DNA from: Nitrospirota bacterium | GTDB taxonomy: Bacteria; Nitrospirota; UBA9217 | Direction: 5' to 3' | NCBI GenBank assembly: GCA_963754875.1 | Contig: CAVWHO010000016.1 | Coordinates: 32,001-96,000, forward strand | DNA: 64,000 nt | Shown: piece by piece, positions 20,128 through 30,338 of the stretch | Layout: each line of letters opens with the position of its first letter | How positions within the stretch are numbered: the first letter of the stretch is position 1 | Notes under the pieces: model-generated | Seen by the model: only the letters and a program-made list of their open reading frames with translations | Told to the model about the DNA's origin: nothing | The model's database searches: none | Position numbers and translations under genes: made by a program

Positions 20128-20650
20128 AAGCCCTCGCTGTCTTTTGTAAAGCGGGCGTACAAGCCCTACACATCCACACCGTGACTGAAGCATATCAACG
20201 GCAAATTAATCTGCAAAAACTGTCGGTTCTTCAATGATATCCGTGCGTCAGCTATATACTTTTCGGCGGTGATTTTTGCATAATGGTTAAACGATACTCT
20301 CTGATTGAAGTGTAGCTAAATGACAGGAGGGAGTCAATTTAAAACGACAGAATACAGTGCCGGGTACAGGGCTGCGTTCTGCGTTTTGTCCCCTGGGCGG
20401 GATTGATACGGCAGCATATCTTGCCCCGCACTTCAGGAACCCTGTTTTGCTTGCGCAAGTAATTTCTGTTTGTCACTTCGGGAGGCGGGCCTGTGCGGAA
20501 CGATACCGCAAGAGCGAACGAGCGATGATCCGCATTCCCAGGGTAGCGGGCGCCGGTCAGTTCGTAATGGGGTAAAGTTTCTTCCGGAGCGGCAGATCCC
20601 CGGTTATGTCCCGGCGGGAGGGCGAAGACAGCAGCAAGGGTGTACGGAAT

Positions 20651-21772
20651 TCACAACGATTTTCTGCGGTCCCCGCCGAATCGTCTGTCTCTCAAACTTC
20701 GCCGTTCAACAAACTTTTCAGGCCCTGTTGCAACGGGCCCTTCCCAGCTGCCGAGACCGCCGCGGAGACACTTTGCGTTAAAGCCGCGGTTATTTAAAAG
20801 GAAGGCGGCAACCATGCCGCGTGAATCGTTGGTACAGTAGGTAATATAGGCTTTCGTGGTATCAAGGTCGGCATATTTCTGGCGAAGGGCCTCGACAGGA
20901 ATGCTCAGCGCGCCCTCAATGTGCTCTTGCTCATATTCAATCGGGACCCGGGCATCGATGATCACATACTTATCCCGGTAGTGCTGAACAGAGATGTCCT
21001 CGGTAAACATATTGTCGAGAAAGGCCGACTTCAGGATCTGGTCGAAATCTATCTTGTCCAGGGCATACACCGTCGTCTCCTCCAGTGCCCGGCAGGTCGC
21101 ATTCCGGGGGTCGTCGCGGATAAGCGCTTCTTCTCCGAACCCGGCCCCTTCAGCCAGTACGGCCACTTGTTTTTCTTCGCCCTCTCCTTTACTCTTTTTT
21201 AAAACGGACACGCGGCCCGATTTCACGATGTAGTAGTAGTCCCCCTTTTCGCCCTGGACAATGATATCTTCGCCGAGGGCATACGTTTTTTCAGTCATTC
21301 GCGCCAGCAAAGCATACATCCTGTCCGGCTCCAGGAGGATAAAGGGCTGAAGCGTCTTTATTTTTTCGTACTGTGAAATTTCTCCGGCTTTCTTGAGGAG
21401 AACGTTCTTGAATGCGCTCTCGCGGTGCAGGATACTATCAAAATCCGGCTTTGGCAGCTGATAGAGGGTGACTTCGTTGAGGGCCCGGACCGAGGCCGAG
21501 TGTATGGAGCTCGTGAGGAGCGCGACCTCGCCGAATCCCTGGCCGCTGGTGATAATCGACAGCTTCGCCAGTCCGTATTTCGTATTCTTGGTTACTTCGA
21601 GCCTGCCCTGTTTCACAAAATAGAATGAATCGGCCAGATGGCCCTCTTTTGATATTTCCGTACCTTTGGGATGGGTTACTACGTTGAACTGACGGGCAAG
21701 AATTTCGAGTGAATCCTGGGACAGACTTCTAAAATAATTATGCTTTTTCAATTCATAAACCTGCAACGACAT
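20651..21772 (-). CDS. Tandem cyclic-nucleotide-binding domains + rhodanese domain + Arg-rich tail
   Basis: GFGEVAL and GFGEEAL..PRNAT CNB cassettes; IIDAR...EY...HIEGA and YCTNDSR rhodanese; tail ERRSLRDRRFGGDRR. GAGGAG RBS before MSLQ. Confidence 0.85.
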   Translation of the reverse strand: MSLQVYELKKHNYFRSLSQDSLEILARQFNVVTHPKGTEISKEGHLADSFYFVKQGRLEVTKNTKYGLAKLSIITSGQGFGEVALLTSSIHSASVRALNEVTLYQLPKPDFDSILHRESAFKNVLLKKAGEISQYEKIKTLQPFILLEPDRMYALLARMTEKTYALGEDIIVQGEKGDYYYIVKSGRVSVLKKSKGEGEEKQVAVLAEGAGFGEEALIRDDPRNATCRALEETTVYALDKIDFDQILKSAFLDNMFTEDISVQHYRDKYVIIDARVPIEYEQEHIEGALSIPVEALRQKYADLDTTKAYITYCTNDSRGMVAAFLLNNRGFNAKCLRGGLGSWEGPVATGPEKFVERRSLRDRRFGGDRRKSL

Positions 21773-21970
21773 ACTATTCTCCTCATGAAATGGATAGGGA
21801 TAAGACTGCATGACTCAGTTCGATAGGATGTGCTAAAAGCAGTCAAACGGTGTTAATATCCGGCGTTCCAAAGCCCGAACAAGAGAGATTTACTTAATCA
21901 CTTTTTTAAAAAAATATCAACGTAAAGTTCCAATTTTAGCTGGGTATTTCTAGGGTAGCCGTTGCATAGG

Positions 21971-22345
21971 TTAGCCGTGAAAACAAGAAATGCCGCGTCG
22001 TACCTCTTCGAGCCGGGTCTTGGCATCCGGTTCTGCGACAAAAAAAGTCTCGAGCCTGTCACAGATATAGTCGGCACAATGTGCACAATTCTCGACCCCC
22101 TTCTGCAGGGCGCACTTTCTGATTTTGCAGGCCTGGGAAGCAGTGAAGAGCCTTCCTCGTTCGGTCCGGCAGCCGTCGCAGTCCGATATGTCTTCCGGTG
22201 CGTACATCACCCCGTACTTCTCGTTACAAATGTGGGCGATATGAGTTCTCATTCTTGTTTGTTGTTCCTCGTTGTCTTCCCTTGTTGCAAGATAGATAGG
22301 GCAGGTATGACAGACCAAACCGCAGAAAGCGATCGTTTCTTTCAT
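21971..22345 (-). CDS. DUF3795-family Cys-rich protein
   Basis: IAFCGLVCHTCP, CDGC, CKIRKC...KGVENCAHC..Y.C. Confidence 0.8.
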   Translation of the reverse strand: MKETIAFCGLVCHTCPIYLATREDNEEQQTRMRTHIAHICNEKYGVMYAPEDISDCDGCRTERGRLFTASQACKIRKCALQKGVENCAHCADYICDRLETFFVAEPDAKTRLEEVRRGISCFHG

Positions 22346-22610
22346 CTGTTTCCCTTTCAAACGGGTTATCAATGTATGCCCAATAAGCTGACTGGCTTAG
22401 GAGATTCGAGACTAGTAAAAGTCTATCTAAAGGGCTGGTGCAAGTCAATGCAAAATAATACAACAGAGTCGGACCCTCGGCACGATCGTCCATCCATAAA
22501 ATGTAATACCCCGGTAACACGCAAAGTTGCACGAAGCGTTGACAAGCACCTATGCAGCGTTATATTTAAAGTAGGTAATTTTATAGACAAAAAGAAAAGA
22601 GGCGATAACG

Positions 22611-22958
22611 ATGAAAAAGATTTTAGCCATTTTGATGGGAATGGCGTTTATCCTTACCTTGGGGTTGGCGTTCGCCGCAGAAGACATGTCGGGGCCCCAG
22701 GGTACAAGTGATAAAATTATTCGCGATGAGGATATCCAGCATCTTGACATGGATCAAGATCGCGCAACGGTCAACCAAATGCCCACGGAATCAGGTACCG
22801 AAGGCTCGGGTGCAGGAGGAGTGAACAAGGATTCCGACAGTACGTACAAGGATAGTGACCAAAGCACAGCTCCTCTTGAGAAGACCCCGGCAAAGCCAGG
22901 CGCTGAAGGGTTGGGAGCGGGCGGTTCGAGCAACGATTCTTATAGTCCCGGTTATTAA
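22611..22958 (+). CDS. Small secreted acidic low-complexity protein
   Basis: Signal peptide MKKILAILMG...AFA; two GxEGxGAGG motifs; GAGG RBS. Confidence 0.75.
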   Translation: MKKILAILMGMAFILTLGLAFAAEDMSGPQGTSDKIIRDEDIQHLDMDQDRATVNQMPTESGTEGSGAGGVNKDSDSTYKDSDQSTAPLEKTPAKPGAEGLGAGGSSNDSYSPGY

Positions 22959-23216
22959 GGAACGTCCTGCGAGTATATAGGAATTCTCTTACTGAGCGGT
23001 TTCGCGAGTGGCCCGGACGCTCCGTCAAGGGGAAGAGTGAGGATGGAGAAGCGCTTCCCTTGCCTACTCGCAGACGATATCCTGCGGCCGTGTGGTAATT
23101 CAATAATCTGGCGGCAAGAACGGGTTTAAGCCCTGTTCCGTGGCCAGGGTAAAGTTATTGTTAGTCAATGCGAATTTCCCGCGTTATCGAGCACACTTCG
23201 TGAACGTTTTTATGGT

Positions 23217-23950
23217 TTAGTACCGCGGTACGGCGAGGGCGAGCGGAAAATCAGGTTCATCGTGCTTCCATACCTGGATGGCAGAACCTCTCTGAAGCAG
23301 TTCACGCCATATCTCGGGAGACTTCTTTTCAAAAACCGATTGTGCATCAGCCAGGACGACGAGCCAGTCGCCCTGCGCGACTTCCCGGTCAAGCTGTCCT
23401 GATGACCACCCAGCATACCCGGCATAGATCCGGAATTGTCGTCCCTTCTTGTCGACGCCAGCCAGATGTTCCAGGGTATTCTTGCTCGAACTGACATAAA
23501 CGTTTCCGAACACAGAGATTGACTCAATTGGTTTTTCACGGACCGAATGAGCATCAGCATCCGGTATCCTTCAACGGGGCCCCCGTAGTAGACGAGTGCC
23601 TGTTTTTTTCAGACCCGGAACAGAGGGAAGCACTTCAAGCAAAGGCACGTCGGTGGGACGGTTGATGATGAGACCTGTCGCGCCCTTGGAACTGTAATCG
23701 ATCAGCAGGACAACGGTCTCCTGGAAACGGGGGTCGATAAGATTTCGGGTTGCAACGAGGAATTTACCCTTGGCAGGCAGCACGCTGAACGGATCCGGCT
23801 CAGTCATTGCAGGCGCGTCGGACATTCGGGCAGGCAAAACGTCAACACTTTCCCCGGCATTTACGACGGTCAGAAAGTTAGACAAGCGCTGCGGCAATAA
23901 CGGCTCGCGAAAAGCATCTTTCGCAGAGATCTGATGATTCCAAACAGCAT
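23217..23950 (-). CDS. YqgE/AlgH-family protein with N-terminal extension, split by several frameshifts
   Basis: GKFLVA...DPRF.ETVVLL...GA.GLIINRP, then YYGGPVE, then YAGYAGW..GQL..E...GDW, in successive frames separated by A-run insertions (about 23605 and 23535). AAGGGAG RBS before ATG at 23950. Confidence 0.8.
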
Positions 23951-24037
23951 TGACAGCTCCCTTGGTCAGTCCAGTGCTTCTGTCTTAAGGTTAACAAAAG
24001 TTCGTCGGAGTGTCAATGCGAAGCCGTGTTAAAAACT

Positions 24038-24127
24038 AGTCTCAAGTCTCAAGTTTTAACCCCTCAAGCTTGAACCCCCAGGTCAGACTCGTGGTTTCAC
24101 GACCTGAGACTTGAGACCTGAGACTTG
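24038..24127. repeat. Heptamer (TCTCAAG vs CTTGAGA) tandem inverted repeat
   Basis: agtctcaagtctcaagt on the left; acctgagacttgagacctgagacttg on the right. Confidence 0.75.
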
Positions 24128-24174
24128 CAGCACGAAAGCGAGGTTTCGAAGAGGTGATTGGGGGAAGCCGGCAA

Positions 24175-24874
24175 TTACTTCAGGTAGGAAGAAAATAAGG
24201 GGCGTAATTTCCTTCAGTATTTTTTCCGCCTCAACCGGGACCATGACCGCAAAAACGTTGAGCTTCACGAGGGCATGGATATTGGCATCGCTCTTCGCGG
24301 CAGCTCTCATCCTCAGGCCGAAGTCCTTGTTCAATTTTTTTACTTCTCCGTAGATCCTGAAGATACCGTCAAGCGTCCATTCAGGCTTCTTTCCGGCCTG
24401 ACTCCTGATATATTGCGCCATAAGATACATCGAGACCATCCTGAAAATGGTCTCTTCCAGGCTTGCAAAAGGCAGATGGTATCGGACCATCGGTTTGAGG
24501 GGTTCCATGATGGGGCAGCCGCTGGTCGTCATGATAATGCCGAGCAGCGGACTTAAGCCTTCCTGTATCGAGCCGGCTTTAGTATAAATACGTTCCTTCA
24601 CCGTCACCGTTGTCGTTGCTATGTCGGGACCGGTCACGTCCTTGAACGCCTGGGCAATTTCCGAGAGATTTGCCGCAATCGGGCAGTACCGCGTAAGCGT
24701 GGTGTTCAAAGGGCAGATCGAACACTGCTGGAAGTCCAGGTGCGCCCAATCCGGCGGTTCAACGTTCTGCTCCCGGATGAGGGCGAGGGTCTTTCGGTCA
24801 AGGAGGATCGTAAATTTTTTTTCCTGGCCTTCGTTCAGTTTGAAATCATAAACGATTTTGATATGGTCAATCAT
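24175..24874 (-). CDS. DUF6901-like protein (probable +1 error near 24200; corrected end ITPLFSSYLK*)
   Basis: PPDWAHL..QQCSICPL...YCP and LLGIIM.TSGCP...LKPMVRYHLPFA. The ORF-track tail runs into the heptamer repeat. Confidence 0.65.
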
Positions 24875-24964
24875 GTGCTCTGCCTCTATACGGTGAAGTG
24901 AAATTGTGTTTCATAATATACTGCACGCCGGGGATTGTCAAGATCGGCTCCGATTCCGGCAAAC

Positions 24965-25004
24965 AAAAAAGCCCTTCACCATGTACTGGCAAAGGGCTTT
25001 CTTT
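24965..25004. terminator. Intrinsic terminator after the glutamate synthase operon (A/T tracts on both sides)
   Basis: aaaaaaGCCCTT...AAGGGCtttcttt. Confidence 0.65.
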
Positions 25005-25022
25005 ATTGATCAGGCGGGGTCT

Positions 25023-25088
25023 CCCCTCACACACTGCTCTCGCGATAGCGCGGGTGCAAGGCCTATCCTCTCCCCCAAAGGGCGAGGG
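25023..25088. repeat. CCCCTCAC...CCTCTCCC-n-GGGCGAGGG palindromic element with an internal insertion
   Basis: cccctcac [about 30-nt insert] cctatcctctcccccaaagggcgaggg. Confidence 0.5.
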
Positions 25089-25097
25089 ATTAATAGA

Positions 25098-27425
25098 CTA
25101 CACGTTCTCTACCATCTCCCATACACCGCAGGGACAGATGCCCGAGCAGAAGCCGCAGCCGATGCACTTCGATTCGTCCACCACGTACTCGAAGGACTTG
25201 TTCGGGAGTTTCTTACGCGTGATGGCGCCGTAGTAGCACGACTGTTCGCACATGCCGCAGTCGCGGCAGGAGCCGCAGGACATGCAGCGGTCAGCTTCTT
25301 TCTTCGGCGAAAATTTTATGTCGCTGAGCCTGCATACTTCATAATACTCGGTCTTGATCCTCTCGTAGGGGATCATTCGCCGTTCTTCGGGCACGTAATC
25401 GGTGTTCATGAGCAGGGAGTGGATCTTGTCCGCAGCGACCTTGCCAGCTCCGATGGCGTGGGTCACGAGGCCGGGCTTGGTTGCGTCGCCGATGGCGAAG
25501 ACCTTCACGTCCGAGGTCTGGCCGAGATCGTTGATCGTGATGTAGCCACGGTCCGTGTTGATGGACTGCGGCAGGAAATCAAGGACCGGCTTATCGCCGA
25601 TCGAAATGATCACCAGGTCCGCGTCGAGCGAACTGCAGTCCTTGAAGAAGATCTTCTTCGCTTTCGCGTCGTACTTCTCCGTCAGCTTCGGGAACAGGAC
25701 CTGCGTGCCCTTTGACGAAGCAAGCTCCATTTCCTTGCCGAACGCGGCCGGCTTTTGCACGTCAACGGCGATCACGGATTCCGCGCCGTGGTCCCAGGCC
25801 TGGCACGCGATGTCCATGCCCACGTTGCCCGCGCCGATCACGACGACCTTCTTCCCCTTCACGCTCCGGGGTTTGCCGAAGTTGATCTCCTTCAGGTAAT
25901 CGATGCCTTTTACCACGTCCTCGTGACCCGGGAAAGGGATAACGCGGCCTTCCTGGGCGCCAACGGCAATGACCACCAAGTCGTGGTCCTTGTAGATTTT
26001 CTCGAATTTCTTTTTGTCAACCTTGGCCCTGGTCTGGACGTTTACCCCGATCTCGGCAAAACGCGCAAGCTCCTTGTCCAGGATCTTCTTGGGCAAACGC
26101 TCGCGGGGAATGCACATCTCGATCTTCCCGCCGATCTTGGGCGATGCCTCGTAAAGATCAACTGTATGGCCTTTCAAGCCGAGCTGCCATGCTGCCGAGA
26201 GGCCCCCCGGACCGCCGCCGATCACGGCGATCTTGTTGCCCGTTGCCTTTGCTTTCTTCGGTGCCTTGAGATTCAAGGCAGCTGCGCCGTATTCTTTAAT
26301 GTTGAGCGGCTCGTCAACTCTGCCGCGCGTGCAGTCGGTCATGCAGAGGTTCGGACAGATCGTGCCGCAGACCGTTGCCGGGAGCGGGCTGTACTGGAGT
26401 ACGAGAGCAAGCGCTTCAGCCGTTCTCCCCTGCCGTATGAGAGACGCGCGCTTGTGCGACGGTATGCGCGACGGGCAGGCATAGGCGCAGGGGGGGAGGT
26501 ACTTGTCGTTCTTCCACTGCGGCTTCCAGCGCCGCTCCTCGCCGGTTGTGATGTACGGAAGCACTGAGCGGTCGTGAGTGAGATAAGCGCCGAACATGCC
26601 GCCCTTGCCCACTTCCTTTTCCCACTGGTTCAGGCGAAACTCGGTGAGCCCCATCTTAAGCTTACCCTTTGCCTTGTTCTTCTCAGCCGGCGTAAAAGCA
26701 ATGAACTTCTTCCAGGCACTCCTGTCCTTCGTAAGTTCTTCATAAGAGGACATGCGGTCGATGGCCGTAAGATACGGTTTCATGTTCGTGGTGAGCCACT
26801 CCCAGTCCTGCTCCGAAAGGTCCACGAGCTGAACATCGCCCTTGCTGTATTCCTTGATCGGACCGCGGAAATAAATCGTGCCGCCCACCATGCCCACGCA
26901 GGGACGGTAGCCGAGGATGTTTTCGGGATCGCGGGGATTCACGCCGCAGACCACGGCAATGCCGCCGGCCTTGAACTCGGCAAAAGAGTCTCCCACGCCC
27001 CGGAAATACCAGGACTCCAGATTATCGAAACGCGGGTTCTTCTTGGTCATGGTATCGCAGCGCGCGCCGCCGCCGCCCTGGACATAGAGCTTGCCCTGGG
27101 CGCCTGCGTTATGCGCACCGTTCGTCACGTCGCCCAGGACCGTAATGACAGCTCCGCAGTTGAGCCAGCCTGCGTCGTCGGAGGACGAACCCTTTACCAG
27201 GATCTCCGTCCCCTCCATGCCCATGCTGCCCACGCGCTGGCCGACCGTGCCCTCGACAACGACCTTCACCTTGCCGTACTGCGGCCAGATGCGTCCGCCG
27301 ATGCCGTGCTGGCCATCCGCCGTGATGAAGAGTTCCTTGGCGCCGTCCTTGATGGCTTTCTGGATCTGCTCTTCTAAATTTTTCGAAGAGACCCGTTTTC
27401 CGTCGATATTGCCCTTGATTATCAT
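25098..27425 (-). CDS. Glutamate synthase subunit: GXGXG domain fused to a GltD-like FAD/NAD(P) oxidoreductase and a C-terminal ferredoxin
   Basis: GQHGIGG...AEFKAGG; PPCAYACP, VCGTICPNLC...C; IAVIGGGPGG; VIGAGNVGMD; CMSCGSCRDCGMC; CIGCGFCSGICP. Confidence 0.88.
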   Translation of the reverse strand: MIIKGNIDGKRVSSKNLEEQIQKAIKDGAKELFITADGQHGIGGRIWPQYGKVKVVVEGTVGQRVGSMGMEGTEILVKGSSSDDAGWLNCGAVITVLGDVTNGAHNAGAQGKLYVQGGGGARCDTMTKKNPRFDNLESWYFRGVGDSFAEFKAGGIAVVCGVNPRDPENILGYRPCVGMVGGTIYFRGPIKEYSKGDVQLVDLSEQDWEWLTTNMKPYLTAIDRMSSYEELTKDRSAWKKFIAFTPAEKNKAKGKLKMGLTEFRLNQWEKEVGKGGMFGAYLTHDRSVLPYITTGEERRWKPQWKNDKYLPPCAYACPSRIPSHKRASLIRQGRTAEALALVLQYSPLPATVCGTICPNLCMTDCTRGRVDEPLNIKEYGAAALNLKAPKKAKATGNKIAVIGGGPGGLSAAWQLGLKGHTVDLYEASPKIGGKIEMCIPRERLPKKILDKELARFAEIGVNVQTRAKVDKKKFEKIYKDHDLVVIAVGAQEGRVIPFPGHEDVVKGIDYLKEINFGKPRSVKGKKVVVIGAGNVGMDIACQAWDHGAESVIAVDVQKPAAFGKEMELASSKGTQVLFPKLTEKYDAKAKKIFFKDCSSLDADLVIISIGDKPVLDFLPQSINTDRGYITINDLGQTSDVKVFAIGDATKPGLVTHAIGAGKVAADKIHSLLMNTDYVPEERRMIPYERIKTEYYEVCRLSDIKFSPKKEADRCMSCGSCRDCGMCEQSCYYGAITRKKLPNKSFEYVVDESKCIGCGFCSGICPCGVWEMVENV

Positions 27426-27460
27426 TTTTTCCTCAAATGATTTTTATCAACTTCAAAAGA

Positions 27461-27573
27461 TTCAGGGGAAAAGGGGAAGCGAGAGGCGAAATGGTGAAAT
27501 AGAAGACTTAGTTTCAAAACTTAGTCTCTGATTCATTTCTCCCTTTCTCCGTGTTTATCCCCATTTTCCTGAA
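27461..27573. repeat. Degenerate purine/pyrimidine 8-mer (GGGGAAAA-like) inverted repeat
   Basis: ttcaggggaaaaggggaag on the left; tttctccctttctcc and ccccattttcctgaa on the right. Confidence 0.5.
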
Positions 27574-27594
27574 AGATTCTGAATTCTATTTTTT

Positions 27595-29250
27595 CTAACA
27601 AACGTAGCTGATCTGCAGCCTATCAGCGATTTCCTTGTCGTTCACGCCCAACGCATCGGACATGCCGATCGGAAGTTCGGTGCTGCGGCCCAGGGGCGCG
27701 AAGATCTTCTTGAGTTCCACATCCGCTGCCTTGAACACTTCGACGACCCGTTCTGCCACTTTGTCGGGATCGAGCCTGCGGTACAGTTTAGGATCTTGCG
27801 TCGTAATGCCGCGCGGGCACTTGCCGAGGTTGCAGACGTTGCAGCGGTTGTACTCGTCGCCGAAACAGCCTGCTGCCGCCTGCATCATGTACTTACCGGT
27901 GTCCACGGCAGATGCGCCGAGCATGATGAGCGCAGCAGCGTTCGCTGCCAGGTTCCCGCCCTTGCCCACGCCGCCTGCGGCGATGAGCGGAAGCTCATTC
28001 TGCTTGCCCTGTTTCACGAGATCGAGGTAGCAGTCGCGGATGTTGGAGGCAATGGGATGTCCCATCTTGTCCATCGATACGTTATACGCGGCGCCCGTGC
28101 CGCCGTCCTCGCCGTCGATACAGAGTGCAGCGGCATAAGGATTACGCGCGAGGTTGTTCAACACTGCACGGGCCGTTTTGGTGCCTGAGATTTTCGGATA
28201 GACCGGCACGCGGAAGCCCCAGGCCATGGACATGGACTGGATCATCTTCGCAACAGCCTCTTCGATAGAGTACTTGGTCTGGTGTGTGGGCGGTGATGCC
28301 AGGTCAACGAACTGCGGCACGCCGCGGATCTTGGCGATCAGGCCGAGAACTTTGTATGCCTGGAGCAGGCCGCCGTCTCCGGGCTTTGCGCCCTGGCCGT
28401 ATTTGATCTCGATTGCTGCCGGATCTTCGATCATGTCAGGAAGAGCACGGATGATCTCGTCCCAGCCGAAGTAGCCCGACGCGATCTGGAGTATGAAATA
28501 TTTCATATACCGCGATTTCAAGATGCTCGGGGGCATGCCGCCCTCACCCGAGCACATGACCACCGGCAGACCTTCAACTTCGTTCAGATAGGTGATGCCC
28601 ATGGCAAGGCCTTCCCACATGTGGGGAGAGAGAGCGCCGATGGACATGCTGCCGATGCGGATGGGATAGATCTCGCGCACCGGCGGGATGAACGTCTGGT
28701 TCGCGAGGATAAGCCGGTCGCCTTCCACCTTGAGCGGGAGCTGCTCAGCGGGCAGGTTCCTGCCCAAAAGCGTCCTGATGCGGAACTCATGACGACCGGC
28801 GTCCAGGGCCGGGTCGGTCAGCATCGAGATGCGCGTGAACTTGAGCTTGTCCAGGGTCGACTGCGACGGATCGTTCCTCCGTCCGCCGCGCATGAAAGGA
28901 ATGCCGCCCTTGTTTTTATAGTGGTACAGCTTGTGCTGGAAATTGTATTCCGGGAAAATGGCGTCCGTGGGACAGACGAGCGAACAGGTCCCGCAGCCGA
29001 TGCAGTAACGGTCGATTTCCGTGACCTGCCGCACCACCTGGGTAAGCCTGCGCGTGACCTTGGGCTCGGGGCTTGCGCCTTCCGAGGACACGACGCGCTG
29101 GGTGTAGACCGTGGCCTCGATGGACTTCATGGGACAGACGGCTGTGCAGCGGCCGCAGCGGGTGCAGCGGTCCTCGCGCCATTGAATGATATAAGGAAGC
29201 TCTTTTAACGAGAGCTGATGATTTTTATCTAACCGTGAAGCTGATTCCAT
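27595..29250 (-). CDS. gltB: Glutamate synthase FMN-binding (synthase) subunit with N-terminal ferredoxin
   Basis: CTRCGRCTAVCP, CIGCGTCSLVCP, MSIGALS, SGEGG, EIKYGQGAKPGDGG, C...CP.GITTQDP. Confidence 0.9.
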   Translation of the reverse strand: MESASRLDKNHQLSLKELPYIIQWREDRCTRCGRCTAVCPMKSIEATVYTQRVVSSEGASPEPKVTRRLTQVVRQVTEIDRYCIGCGTCSLVCPTDAIFPEYNFQHKLYHYKNKGGIPFMRGGRRNDPSQSTLDKLKFTRISMLTDPALDAGRHEFRIRTLLGRNLPAEQLPLKVEGDRLILANQTFIPPVREIYPIRIGSMSIGALSPHMWEGLAMGITYLNEVEGLPVVMCSGEGGMPPSILKSRYMKYFILQIASGYFGWDEIIRALPDMIEDPAAIEIKYGQGAKPGDGGLLQAYKVLGLIAKIRGVPQFVDLASPPTHQTKYSIEEAVAKMIQSMSMAWGFRVPVYPKISGTKTARAVLNNLARNPYAAALCIDGEDGGTGAAYNVSMDKMGHPIASNIRDCYLDLVKQGKQNELPLIAAGGVGKGGNLAANAAALIMLGASAVDTGKYMMQAAAGCFGDEYNRCNVCNLGKCPRGITTQDPKLYRRLDPDKVAERVVEVFKAADVELKKIFAPLGRSTELPIGMSDALGVNDKEIADRLQISYVC

Positions 29251-30338
29251 ACTTTAACCTCCCGCGCACCGGGCGCGATGATCACCATGTCGTACTTCAT
29301 GGGGAAGATGTCCGTTGACTTGTCCCGGTCCGGGATCGCGCTGTCCACGCCGCAGACCTCGGACATGAGCGCGTACTTGCCGGGCTTGCCGCCCACTGCG
29401 CCGGGCCGGAGCTTCTTCGAGTCCTGAACCATGAAGACCGTGCCGTCGGGTGTGAACCCGATGACGCAGTTCGGACCGTCGATGCAGAGCGGGCGGAGCG
29501 ATTTCTTGAGGAGCCTGAGCGCAGCAGCGTCGGAGCGCTGGCTGATCTCCGCGTCTTTCATCGGCGTGATGATGTCCTTATAATAATGGAGCGGATACCC
29601 GAGGGACCGGTTCGTGTAGTGCATGATGTGCGTGAAGACCTCGGAGTCCGAATTGTAGCCCATGTAACCCGGGTTGCCCCGGCCCATGAGGAACTCGCGG
29701 ATCGGCACGAAAGCCGTGTTCTCTCCGTTCGTCATCGTTGCGTAGCCCTCAATGAAGAACGGATGGCAGGCGTAAAGGTAGATCGCGTAGTTGGTATTCT
29801 GCCTTCCCTGGGCAAGGACGATCTTCGATTTGAGCCCCGATTTTTCAAGCCCGAAAAATTCGCCGAGCTGCAGGGGATCACCCACTTCTTTCAGCGTCAG
29901 CACATCGGGATAAAAGGAGAAGACAAAGAGCGATCCGTCCGGTTCACCCATGCACCTGAGCGTGAGCCGCGTTTGCATGAGCAGGTCTTCCTGCTCTTTC
30001 TTTGATTTGTCTTTGTACGCAGCGGGATAGTCGTAAACCTTCGCGATATAATGATCGCGCCGCTCGACACCGGGAACGTTCTTGATCGATGGCTCCCAGG
30101 AGAACTTCTCAGCGAAGCCCTGGGCCTTCATGTAGTCCTCGAGCATGCCGAGGCCTTTGTTCGAGCAGATGGCCGACAGCGTAGGGTATTGTTTGAAGTC
30201 CGCGAACGGTCCCGCCATGTCCTTCAGCATGAGCCCGAGGCCCGACCCGTCATGGCCTTCCTTCATGGTCTCGAGCGAGTGAATATTTTCCATGGGCGAG
30301 ATATAGTCGCCCGACGTGATTGCACTCAACCGGCACAT
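29229..30338 (-). CDS. Glutamate synthase class II glutamine amidotransferase subunit
   Basis: N-terminal MCRL nucleophile; GHDGSG, QGRQNTN, HPF, NGE, SDSE, LRP. Confidence 0.88.
   Translation of the reverse strand: MCRLSAITSGDYISPMENIHSLETMKEGHDGSGLGLMLKDMAGPFADFKQYPTLSAICSNKGLGMLEDYMKAQGFAEKFSWEPSIKNVPGVERRDHYIAKVYDYPAAYKDKSKKEQEDLLMQTRLTLRCMGEPDGSLFVFSFYPDVLTLKEVGDPLQLGEFFGLEKSGLKSKIVLAQGRQNTNYAIYLYACHPFFIEGYATMTNGENTAFVPIREFLMGRGNPGYMGYNSDSEVFTHIMHYTNRSLGYPLHYYKDIITPMKDAEISQRSDAAALRLLKKSLRPLCIDGPNCVIGFTPDGTVFMVQDSKKLRPGAVGGKPGKYALMSEVCGVDSAIPDRDKSTDIFPMKYDMVIIAPGAREVKVWNQLHG

Noticed and set aside
24083..24174. C-terminal extension of the DUF6901-like ORF
   Set aside because: Arises from a probable +1 error and reads into the heptamer repeat (QVSGLKSQV).
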